The translations under genes and the position numbers were made by a program. This document shows, piece after piece, positions 1-9,100 of a stretch of DNA of 64,000 bases. The notes under the pieces were generated by a model. That model had not been told where the DNA came from, made no database searches, and saw nothing but the letters and a program-made list of their open reading frames with translations. Source of the stretch: Pyrinomonadaceae bacterium (GTDB taxonomy: Bacteria; Acidobacteriota; Blastocatellia; Pyrinomonadales; Pyrinomonadaceae); NCBI GenBank assembly GCA_036389335.1, contig DASVQC010000085.1:1408-65407 (forward strand), written 5' to 3'. Positions within the stretch are counted from its first letter, which is position 1, and each line of letters opens with the position of its first letter.

Positions 1-1394
1 AAGGCGGCGGCGAACAGGAGGCCGAGGCCGAGGCCGAGCCCGAGCCCGAGCATCATCAGCATCGGGCGCTTCGGGGCGATCGGCTTTTCGGGGAACGAGG
101 CGGGGTCGATGACCCTGATCGTCTCGCCCTGCGCCGACTTCGAGGCCTCCGCCGAGAGGGACGCGCCCTGCTGCTTCTTGAGCAGGTCGTCGTAGGCCCC
201 CTTCTTCGTCTGGTACTCGCGGTCGAGCGCCGACAGGCCGACCTCGGCGGCGGGCACGCGGTTGATGCGCGCGCTGATGTCGGCGATGCCCGCGCGCGTC
301 TCGGCGAGCAGCTTCTCCTGGCGCGCGATCTCGCTCTGCGCGAACTGGAGCTGCGACCTGTAGGTCATGCTGCCCGTGTCGACGCGCTTTTCGAGCCGCG
401 CCTTCTTCTCCGCGATCTTCTCCTTCCAGTCGTCGAGCAGCCGCTGCTTCTGCTTCTTGACGGCCTCCAGCTCCTTCTGCTTCGCCAACACGTCCGGGTT
501 CTTCGGTCGCAGGCCCGCGGCGAGCATGGCCTGAATCTCCGACTCGAAGTGCGACTCCTGGCCCGAGAGGTCGGCCCACGCCAGCGTCGTCTTCGGATCG
601 GTGGCGTTGTCGGCCACGTCCTCGATGGCGACCTGCGTGTTCTTCTCCGAGGCGGCGAGCTGCGTCGTCAGCATCGTCATCTGATCGCGCATCCGACCGA
701 TCTCGGTGATGTAAGCCTTCTGCTGCTCGTAGAGCCCGGAGAGCTGCTGCACGAGCGCGCTGGTGGACGACGGGAGGTTGGCGAGGTTCGACTTGAGGTA
801 TTCGAGGCGGCGCGCGTCGATGGCGTCGAGCTCTTCCTTCGTCGCCGCGACCTGCCGGTCGATGAACTCCTTGGTCTGGTTGGCGCTCTCGGAGACGACC
901 TTCTCCTGCGCGTTCGTGTACTTCGAGGCGAGGTCGGAGGTGACGCGCTGCACGACGAGCGGGTCGGGCCCCTTGTAGGAGAGCTGGAAGCCGTTCGTGA
1001 TGTCGTTGCGGCTCTGGTTCAGATTGATCTGGATGTCCCTCTTCTTCATCAGCTCGACGAGCATCTCCATCGGCTCGCCGCGGCGGCGCTCCGCCGCGTA
1101 GAGGTTGTAGTTGATGATCATCGGCTCCAGCGACGAGCGGCTCAAGACCTCCTGCGCGATGTTGTTGATGCGGATCGTCAGATCGTCCTCGGAGAGCTTC
1201 GGGATGATCCCGCCGGTCAGCGAGGAGGGGCGCACGGTCAAGAGCGTCGTCGACTGGTAGACGTTCGGCAGCCGCCAGACGACCGCCGCGACGGCGAAGA
1301 AGACCGAGACCGCGGGCAGCAGGATCATCCACTTGCGCCGCCACAGAATCCGCCCGTACTCGGCTGGCTTGCGCTGTCGAAATTCGGTGCTCAT
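1..1394 (-). CDS. Polysaccharide chain-length determinant (Wzz/GumC-type PCP, PEP-CTERM-locus-like); 3' end runs off the window
   Basis: Absent from the ORF track because no stop lies in the window. My reverse-strand translation from the ATG at 1394-1392 (GGAG 5 nt upstream) gives MSTEFRQRKPAEYGRILWRRKWMILLPAVSVFFAVAAVVWRLPNVYQSTTLL... This shows an N-terminal TM, a long coiled-coil region (..KKQKQRLLDDWKEKIAEKKARLEK..), then ..VIDPASFPEKPIAPKRPMLMMLGLGLGLGLGLLF, a proline-rich motif followed by a second TM. That is classic PCP topology. The gene sits directly downstream of prsT. Confidence 0.8.
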   Translation of the reverse strand, partial: MSTEFRQRKPAEYGRILWRRKWMILLPAVSVFFAVAAVVWRLPNVYQSTTLLTVRPSSLTGGIIPKLSEDDLTIRINNIAQEVLSRSSLEPMIINYNLYAAERRRGEPMEMLVELMKKRDIQINLNQSRNDITNGFQLSYKGPDPLVVQRVTSDLASKYTNAQEKVVSESANQTKEFIDRQVAATKEELDAIDARRLEYLKSNLANLPSSTSALVQQLSGLYEQQKAYITEIGRMRDQMTMLTTQLAASEKNTQVAIEDVADNATDPKTTLAWADLSGQESHFESEIQAMLAAGLRPKNPDVLAKQKELEAVKKQKQRLLDDWKEKIAEKKARLEKRVDTGSMTYRSQLQFAQSEIARQEKLLAETRAGIADISARINRVPAAEVGLSALDREYQTKKGAYDDLLKKQQGASLSAEASKSAQGETIRVIDPASFPEKPIAPKRPMLMMLGLGLGLGLGLLFAAA

Positions 1395-1530
1395 CACTAC
1401 TCCATTGCGGATTTCGGATGGCGGGACGCGGATCGAAACCCGGCCTGCCGCCACCAAACCCGCGTTCAAATCTCAACCTTCGGAAGCGGCCCTTGAAAAT
1501 CCGCGATCCGAAATCGGCATTCCGCAATCG

Positions 1531-3927
1531 CTAAAGGGTGGCGAGCGCGCGCCGCGCCTCCTCGGCCTGCGCGGGCGTCAGCGCCTTGCCGCCGCCGGCG
1601 GCGAGCGCCTGCTGCAACTGCTGGCGGGCCTCCGCCCTGCGCCCCGCCGCGGCCAGCGCCTGACCGAGGTGCGCGCGGTAGGAGGGGCTGTCGGAGCCCT
1701 TCGCCTGCGCGCGCGCCACGGCCCTCTGCAACTGATCGACGGCGGCGGTGCTCAGCCCCTTCTTGAAGTAGACCCAGCCCAGAGTGTCGGCGAAGCCCGG
1801 CTCGTCCGGGAACTTCTGCACGACGCCCTGCGCGAGGCGCATCGCCTCGTCGAGGTTGCCGCCGCCGTGCTCGGCGTAGTTCCACGCGAGGTTGTTGGCG
1901 GAGAAGATGTCGTCGGGGTGGATGGTCAGGGCCTTGCGGTACGACTCGTTCGCCTTCTCGTAGTTCTGCCGCTTGTCTTCGATCATGCCCATGATGACGT
2001 GCGGCCCGGGGTCGTCGGGCCGCTTCGCCGCCCACTCGCGCAAAGACGCGATGGCCTCGTCGGGGTGGTTCGTGTTGATGTAGAGCGCGGCGAGGGAGTT
2101 GAAGGCCGGGACGAAGTTGCCGTCGAGTTCGAGCGCGCGGCGCATCTCGCCCTCCGCGCCCTTGGCGTCGAACTGCCGACCGTAAATCTGCCCCTTGAGG
2201 AAGTGCAGGGGCGCGCTGTCCTGCTTGACGGCGAGCGCGGAGTCGACGCGCGCGTGGGCCTTGTCGAACTCCTTCTGCGCGGCGTAGAGGTTGACGAGGC
2301 CGTTGAGCGCGTCGAAGTTCGTCGCGTCGAGCTGGAGGGCGCGCTCGTAGTGCTGCATGGCCTCGTCGCGCTTGCCCTCGTTGGCGGCGATGGCCCCGAG
2401 GTTGGTGTGCGAGGCGGGAGAGTTCGGGAGCAGGTCGCGCGCGGCGGTGAAGTCGGCGCGGGCGGCGGCGAGGTTCTTGAGCTGCGCCTGCGCCGAGCCG
2501 CGCGCGGTCAGCGCCTTCGCCCGCAGCTCGTTCATCATCGCGGGCGTGACGCGCCCGTCCGCCGTCGCGTGGCCGAACTTCTCGACCAGATCGTTCGACT
2601 GCCGGAGCGCCGCCTGCCAGTCGCCCGCGGCGAGGTTGATCTGCAACTGCAGGAGCTTGGCCGGGATGTAGTCGGGGTAGAACTTTTCGAGGTCGCCGGC
2701 GAAGACGCGCGCCTGCTCGATCTGGTTGAGGCGCACGTTGGCGTCGGCCATGTAGTAGAGCCCGGCCTGATCCCTCGGCTCCTGCTTCAAGACCTGCTTC
2801 AAGTCCTCGACGGCCTCCTTCACCTGCGCGCCGCCGTTCATCCTCACGCGCGCGCGCAGCAGCAGGGCCTGCTTGTCGTTCGGGTTCTTCTTCAGCACCT
2901 CGGCGGCCTGCGCCGCCGCGCCCGCCGCGTCGCCCTTCTGCATCAGCAGCTCGCCGAGGCGGTAGCGCGCCTGCGTGTAGTCGGGGAAGTTATTGATCGT
3001 CTCCTGGAAGGCGCGCGCCGCGTCGTCCGTGCGACCGATCTGCGAGTAGAAGTCGCCGAGGACGGCGCTGCCTTCGGGCTTGCCCGCGTCGAGGGCGGCG
3101 AAGGCGCGCGCGGCCTGCTCGGCGCGGTCGAACTGCTTCTGCTGGATGTAGAAGCTGACGAGCGTGCGGTGCGCCTCGCGGTTCTGCGCGTCGACCTCGA
3201 CGGCGCGGCGGAACTGCTCCTCCGCCTTGTCCAACCGGTTCTGCTGGACGAAGAAGCGCGCGTATTCGAGGTGCGCGAGCGAGGAGCGGTCGTCGATCTG
3301 GATCGCGCGCTGGTAAAGCTCTTCGGCCTTCGCGGCGTCGCCCGTCTGGCGGTAGTAGAGCGCGAGCCCCATCAACGACTCGACGCGCTGCGGGTTGAGC
3401 GAGAGGGCCTTGGTCAGCTCGCCGAGCGAGCCCTGGCGGTCGCCCGCGGCGAAGAGGATGGTGCCCTTGAGGATGTGCCCCTCGATGTTGTTCGGGTCTT
3501 TCTGCAAGACCTCTTCGGCGAGTCGCGTCGCCTCTTCCTTCGCCTTCGTGTCGTGGCTCTGCTGGAAGGAGGCGATGTAGTAGTTGCCGAGGCGGACGCG
3601 CGCTTCGAGGTTGTTGGGGTCGAGCTGGATGGTGCGCTGCATCTCCTCGAACGCCTGCTGGAACTGGCTCGCGCCCTCGTAGGCGCGCGCCAAGCCCCAG
3701 TGGGCCTGCGCCGCGCGGTCGTCGATCTGGACGGCGTTGCGGAATTCGAGCGCCGCGTCCTGAAACTTCTTCTCTTTGAGGTAGGCGTCGCCGCGGCTGA
3801 GGTGTTCGGCCTTCGCCTTTTCGGGATCGGAGCACGCGGTCGCGCCCCCCAGCAGCGCGAGCGCGGCGAGCAGGAAGGGGAGGAAACCCCGGCGTGCGCC
3901 GGGGCGTTGGCACTCTTGTCGATTCAT
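1531..3927 (-). CDS. prsT: PEP-CTERM system TPR-repeat lipoprotein (PrsT-like)
   Basis: The ORF track gives 1531..3981 (816 aa). I prefer the internal ATG at 3927: MNRQECQRPGARRGFLPFLLAALALLGGATAC/SD, which is a signal peptide plus lipobox Cys. The rest is wall-to-wall TPR repeats (e.g. AHWGLARAYEGASQFQQAFEEMQRTIQLDPNNLEARVRLGNYY). Size, lipoprotein character and position beside epsI/exosortase fit the PrsT family. Confidence 0.8.
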   Translation of the reverse strand: MNRQECQRPGARRGFLPFLLAALALLGGATACSDPEKAKAEHLSRGDAYLKEKKFQDAALEFRNAVQIDDRAAQAHWGLARAYEGASQFQQAFEEMQRTIQLDPNNLEARVRLGNYYIASFQQSHDTKAKEEATRLAEEVLQKDPNNIEGHILKGTILFAAGDRQGSLGELTKALSLNPQRVESLMGLALYYRQTGDAAKAEELYQRAIQIDDRSSLAHLEYARFFVQQNRLDKAEEQFRRAVEVDAQNREAHRTLVSFYIQQKQFDRAEQAARAFAALDAGKPEGSAVLGDFYSQIGRTDDAARAFQETINNFPDYTQARYRLGELLMQKGDAAGAAAQAAEVLKKNPNDKQALLLRARVRMNGGAQVKEAVEDLKQVLKQEPRDQAGLYYMADANVRLNQIEQARVFAGDLEKFYPDYIPAKLLQLQINLAAGDWQAALRQSNDLVEKFGHATADGRVTPAMMNELRAKALTARGSAQAQLKNLAAARADFTAARDLLPNSPASHTNLGAIAANEGKRDEAMQHYERALQLDATNFDALNGLVNLYAAQKEFDKAHARVDSALAVKQDSAPLHFLKGQIYGRQFDAKGAEGEMRRALELDGNFVPAFNSLAALYINTNHPDEAIASLREWAAKRPDDPGPHVIMGMIEDKRQNYEKANESYRKALTIHPDDIFSANNLAWNYAEHGGGNLDEAMRLAQGVVQKFPDEPGFADTLGWVYFKKGLSTAAVDQLQRAVARAQAKGSDSPSYRAHLGQALAAAGRRAEARQQLQQALAAGGGKALTPAQAEEARRALATL

Positions 3928-4185
3928 CTGTTTCGGAAAACTCCCCGCGCCCCCTGACTCTTCACGCGCGCTCCGGGGCAACGGCGCGCGCGCGAATCAT
4001 CCGGGGTCACGTCTCTTCGTGTACGTCCTGACCTTAAGGCCGCCGGGGCAACCGGCGGCGTGAGTCTCCGCTGGAAAAGATACTCATAATCCCGGCTTCA
4101 TTCCGTTTTTTCTGGGGATTTGAAAGGCGGGTCGGCGGCCCACAACAATCTTAACCCACGGGTAGCCGGGCGCGCCACACCTTTC

Positions 4186-4848
4186 TCAGTCGGGGACGAA
4201 ATCCGGGAGGTGGGGCGCGGCTTGCGCGGCGAGGTCGGTGGCGGTGCGCAGGGCCGCCGCCTCGTCGCCCTCAAACGGGACCATCACGCGCACCATCGCG
4301 CCGTCGGAGCGGCGGCGCTTGAGGCTGTCGATGACGGTGTAGACTTTGCCCCAGTACTCGCTCGCCACGGCGCGCCCGCGCCCCTGATACCAGTAGAGGA
4401 GGAGCTGGTGGCTGTCGCCGTTCTCGACGATGTAGCGGTTCGCCTCGAAGGGCGCGCCGCCGCCCGCGGGCGTGATGTGGATGACGCCGGGCTCGCGCAT
4501 CGTCCAGCCCGCGCCGGGCAGGCAGTTGAGCGGGCTGTGGTAGGTCGCGCCGCTGCGCTGCGTCGCGTAGTAGCCGACGTAGAAATTCGCCGAGCGCCCT
4601 TCGGCGTTCTCGTAGTCGCGCGCGACGTAGTCGTCGGCCCGCAAGACCTGCTCCACGTCCGCCGCGAAACGCTCGTCCGCGCCGCGCTGCCGCCACGCGC
4701 CGAGCTGCTGCGGGAACTCGGCGAGCGCGCGCCGCTCGACGTGCGCCTCGCCCGAGCGTTCCCAGACGTTGACCACCGCGCCGCCCGCGACGAGCAGCGC
4801 GAGCATGGCCCAGAAATGCCACCCGCGCGATCCCGTGTTCGACTTCAT
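4186..4848 (-). CDS. epsI: EpsI family exosortase-associated protein
   Basis: 220 aa. One N-terminal TM (WHFWAMLALLVAGGAVV) is followed by a periplasmic domain with EpsI-like blocks: FPQQLGAWRQ, DDYVARDYENAEGRSANFYVGYYATQRSGATYHSPLNCLPGAGW, LLLYWYQGRGR. The start ATG overlaps the exosortase stop (ATGA at 4845-4848). Confidence 0.8.
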   Translation of the reverse strand: MKSNTGSRGWHFWAMLALLVAGGAVVNVWERSGEAHVERRALAEFPQQLGAWRQRGADERFAADVEQVLRADDYVARDYENAEGRSANFYVGYYATQRSGATYHSPLNCLPGAGWTMREPGVIHITPAGGGAPFEANRYIVENGDSHQLLLYWYQGRGRAVASEYWGKVYTVIDSLKRRRSDGAMVRVMVPFEGDEAAALRTATDLAAQAAPHLPDFVPD

Positions 4849-5960
4849 GATCCTTCGGCCCCCCCCGCCGCCGCGTGCGTCACGCCCCCGCCGACCGTCG
4901 CCGGTTCCGGCGCGACGACCGACGCCTCCGCGACGGCCTCGCCCTGCGCCGACGCGCCGCCCTTCCCTTGTGCCGCGCCCCCCCGCCTCGCGGCGAGGCG
5001 CGCGCGCCGGCTCTTACGCAGGGCGACGGCGTCGAGCAGCCACCCGAGCGCGAAGAGCAGGAGGAAGGCGACGATGTAGACGACCCAGCCGGAGAACTCG
5101 TGGAAGAACCCGTCGGCGACTTTGGTGCCGTAGTAGCGGGCGAGGATGCCCGTCCCGCTCACGCGCCCGGCGTTCGTGATGATCGCAATCGGCACGGCGG
5201 AGAGCACGAGGGTGACCGAGCGCCACACGCCGTAGCTCCGCAGCCACGCGAAGCGCGGGCGAGCGCGCGCCCCTTCGTCGTTCGCGCCGTCCGCGCCGTC
5301 GTCCTTCGGGTACGAGAAGTAGGCGAAGACGACGGCGAGCGTGACGAGCGTCATCAGACTCCGGATGCCGCTGCACGCCTCGACCACTTCGAGCTTCTTC
5401 GGCGTCGAGGAGCCGAGCGTCATCAGCTCGATGACGTTGCCCTGCCGCAGGACGGGGATGTCGAAGAGCCGCATCGAGGCGACGGCGCAGCGCGAGGCGA
5501 AGATCTGCAGGGGGAAGGCGATCTGGTTGAAGATGATCGACGGGATCGGGATGGCGAGCAGCAGCAGGAGCAGCGGCACGAGCACCAGCCTGAGCAGCGC
5601 GAAGCCCCAGAAGTAGACGACCAGCCCGGCGGCGATGATGACGAGCGACGTGCGCTGCACGAACAGCTCCGCGCCCGCCGTCCCGGCGAGCAGCGCGAGC
5701 AGACCGCACACGACCCCGAGCGCGCCCCACGCGAGCGAGGGCCGCTTGGCGGCGCGAGCCAGCGCGTCGCGCTCCGACCAGAGGAGGTAGCCGATGATGA
5801 AGGGGATGAGCAGCCCGTGCGAGTAGTTCTCGTCCTCCCACCAGAAGCGGCCCAGCTTGCCGAGCACCGAGACGTAGGTGAAGCCCAGCGCGGCGGTGAT
5901 GAGCGCCGGCATCCATAAGTGTCGATACGAGACCGGCATGGTGTTTGTTGAGTTTGACAA
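4845..5960 (-). CDS. Exosortase (EpsH/Xrt family transpeptidase)
   Basis: 371-aa polytopic membrane protein. The three exosortase catalytic signatures are directly readable: EVVEACSGIRSLMT (Cys), IITNAGRVSG (Arg), FFHEFSGWVVY (His). The subfamily (XrtA or other) cannot be decided without HMMs. Confidence 0.9.
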   Translation of the reverse strand: MSNSTNTMPVSYRHLWMPALITAALGFTYVSVLGKLGRFWWEDENYSHGLLIPFIIGYLLWSERDALARAAKRPSLAWGALGVVCGLLALLAGTAGAELFVQRTSLVIIAAGLVVYFWGFALLRLVLVPLLLLLLAIPIPSIIFNQIAFPLQIFASRCAVASMRLFDIPVLRQGNVIELMTLGSSTPKKLEVVEACSGIRSLMTLVTLAVVFAYFSYPKDDGADGANDEGARARPRFAWLRSYGVWRSVTLVLSAVPIAIITNAGRVSGTGILARYYGTKVADGFFHEFSGWVVYIVAFLLLFALGWLLDAVALRKSRRARLAARRGGAAQGKGGASAQGEAVAEASVVAPEPATVGGGVTHAAAGGAEGS

Positions 5961-6166
5961 TGCTTGGGCTGGCGTGACGGAGGAGCGCGGCGTCTTGCCG
6001 GATAATTATTTGCGCCGACGACTCTACGGGAGGTCGCCACTAGGCGCAGTGTAGCCTACCGACCGCGGCGCAGGCAAACGGGGAGGGGGCGGCGGGCGGC
6101 GGGAATCGAAGGGGCGGCGAGCACGAAGTTCGCCGCCCCCCGCCTAAGCCCTCTGTTTCTTTAACT

Positions 6167-9100
6167 TCAGCGCACGACGATCCGGACGCTGTTGCTGCGC
6201 CGACCGCCGACGAGGAGCGTGAGATCGACCGCGCCCGCGCCGCGCAACTCGGGGACGAGCACGCAGTTGACCTGATCCAAACCGGCCATGCCCGCGTGGG
6301 CGAACGCATACTCGACCGGCAGTAGGAACACCCGCCCGTCGCCCGCGCGCGCCTCGACCGTCACGGACTCGGCGAGGTTCGGCATCACGGCGCCCCCCTC
6401 CATCGGCACGTCGTTGCGCGTGTCGGTGTTGGCGGCGGCGTCGAAGCCGAGGGCGAACAGTTGCAGGCGCGTGCGCTTGTCGGCGCCGAGCGTTTCGTTC
6501 GTCGTCACGTCGAAAGACCCGGTCGCGTGCGTCGCGTCGTTGAGCGCGAGGCCCGAGCCGACGCCCGCGCCGCCGACGGCGAAGAGGCTCGGCGCGAGCG
6601 GCGCGACCGTCACCACGCCGCGCGAGACGTAGCCCTCCTGCGAGGTGACGATCACTTCGGTGTCGCCCGCGGGCAAGCCCGCGGGCACGTAGAAGGAGAT
6701 GCGCGAGGGCGAGACGTAGAAGACCCGCGCGGCGCGCCCGCCGATGGTCACGCTCGCGTTGGCGAGTTCGTAGGGCAAGGCGGCGGCGGACAGTTGGGGG
6801 TTGGCGACGCTCAGGTTGGAGAGCGGGCTCTGATCGCCGGTGATCCGCGCCACGCTGCCGGGCGACAGGACGGGGGACGAGTCGGCGTCGTTGAGCACGA
6901 GGGCCGAGCCGATGACGGGCGCGGTGGCGACGCCCGAGGCGTGCGCGAGACTGCCGGGGGGCGTGCCGCCGGGCAGCAGGCTGCGCGTCTGCGCCAGCCG
7001 CGCCGCGGTGATCTCCAGACGATTCTGCACGCTGAGCGGGTAGTTTTGCGCCTGCGCCAGCGCGTCGGCGGCGAGCGTGAAGTAGTAGGCCGTACGTAGC
7101 GCCTTCTCAGTCTGATCGGGGGACGCGAGCTGACCCGCTTCGGACTGGAAGGATGAGTAGGCTTGGTTGATCTGCATCATCAAGCCTTCGATCTGCGCCG
7201 CCGTCGCGCCGGGGTTGGCGGCGAGCGATTCGGCGCTGGACTGCGCCGCGGCCACGAGCGCGGTCGTGGCGAAGTTCGGAGCCGGCGTCGGGGTCGGCAC
7301 CGGGGTCGGCGTCGGCGTGGGCACAAAGGCGGCAAACGCTTCGATCTCGACGATGCGGCTGTAGCCGGACAGAGAATTGTTGACCACTATCCGTATCTTG
7401 GCAGTGGTCAGCGGCGTAAACTGGAAGCTTCGCTTGACCAAGTTGTTGGCCGTGACGTGACCGCCGGGGATGAGCGCCCAGTCGGCCCCGTCAAAGTACT
7501 GCACGTCGAAGCCTGTAATACCGTATGTCGCGAACAACATACTGTCGGTCGGCTCCACCGGGCTATTGTAATTATCCTGTAGGGTGTAGAGGTTGATCTG
7601 ACTAATCGTCTGCGCGCCGTTAAAGCTCACCTCGACGACGTCCGGTGCTGAATTGATGGTCGCGTCATTCCAGCCGCCGCCCCTCCCCCAGTTCAGCCCC
7701 CTGTGCTCGCCGTCGTTGACCGCCGCGACCGGGTAGTTGGCGTTGAAGGTCGACGAGGCGGAGGCCGACCCGCCGTTAACGGCGAGCGCCACGTTCGTAC
7801 CCGGAAGGTAGGGGCCGGGATTAGGGGTCGGCGTCGGCACGGGCGTCGGCGTCGGCGTGGGTACCGGGGTGGGGGTGACGGAAGGCGCGGGCAGGGGCGT
7901 TATCGCGGGCGCGACGGACTGTATTTTGGCGACGAACAGATCGGTGCGCGGGCGTCCGCCCCAGTTGGAGGTGAAAGCCACGAACCGCCCGTCGCGCGAG
8001 ATGTTGGCCCGCGGCGAGTCGTTATAACTACGGTATATGCTCCGGTGGTGGAAGAGCCGGCGGATTCGTTGCGAGCCGTCGGTCGCGATCTGCACCACTT
8101 CGTTGCGCAGGACGTGATCGTCCGTGCCGCCGAAGAGTTCGGTCATGGCCCACCCCTCGTTGTCCGCCAGCATCGAGGTGTGGCTCGCGCCCGTCGCCCA
8201 GTCGGGGAGGGCGAGGAGGGTTGTCACGACGTGCGGGCTGGCGAGCTTGCGATAATTAATCTCGTTCCGCCAGTTGTCGTACCCGACGTAGTTATCTATG
8301 CCCGCGTCGCCGTGCCCCGGCGCGTAATCGGGGCCGCTGTCGATGACATTCTCTAACTGGCCGGTGGCCACGTTAAAAACTTGAGACTCGACGACCCCCA
8401 GCCCCTGATTCCCGCTCTTGACCAGTACGTAGTGGCCGTCTTTACTGATGGTCACCTCGTCCAGATCGGGCGCGTCCTTCACTATCAGTGAGTCCGTGGA
8501 TTTACGGTAAACGATGTAGCCGTCTACCCCGAAGGTCTCGCTGCGCCGCGTGAAAGCAAAGTAATCGTCATCCAACGACTTGGATTGTTGCCACAGGTAT
8601 TCGCCGGCGGGCAGGCGGCTCGTTAAATCAACGATCAGCGTGTGGGTGTGCGTTGCTGCATTATAGGCATAAATGTGCGCGCCCGCGCTTGCGTACAGCA
8701 CGTCCGGGTTGCTCCCGCTCCACGTCGCCCCCTCCATCGCGAGGTAACCACTCGGGGAGGGCGGGATCGAGTCCTTAGCGCCCAGCGTGAAAGTTACCGG
8801 ATCGAACGCCCGAATGAAATCAAGGCCGCTGTCGCCCTGAACCAACAATCGAGTGTTGTTCGAGTTAAAGGTCGGCCAATAGCTGTAGTGCGTACCGAGA
8901 TTCGCCCCGTCCTGTTCGTCGGTGACGCGCATAATCTGCGCGCCGAAAACCTGATCGGAAACTATGCCGCCGGCTGCCGGTAGCGCGGGCACGGCATCCT
9001 CCGGGTAAAGACCCATATCGGTTTTAATGCCGCCCGAATCGGTCGCTTCGGCGTAACTCGTGCGCGTATTGCTGACGCAAAGTACCACTACGAGGGTGGT

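Noticed and set aside
1333-3957. An 874-aa plus-strand ORF. Similar long ORFs antisense to the called genes include 549-1496, 4120-5079, 4875-5918, 11961-13358, 14104-15432, 27317-29128, 29872-31362, 34281-35729, 39439-41094, 49502-51211, 52565-53950 and 62286-63872.
   Set aside because: These are shadow ORFs typical of high-GC DNA. Their translations are dominated by Arg/Ala/Gly/Asp/Glu/Val runs with no recognisable motifs. Each lies wholly antisense to an ORF that does carry clear family signatures (TPR, exosortase, AlgD, AsnB, Wzx, AMP-ligase and others).
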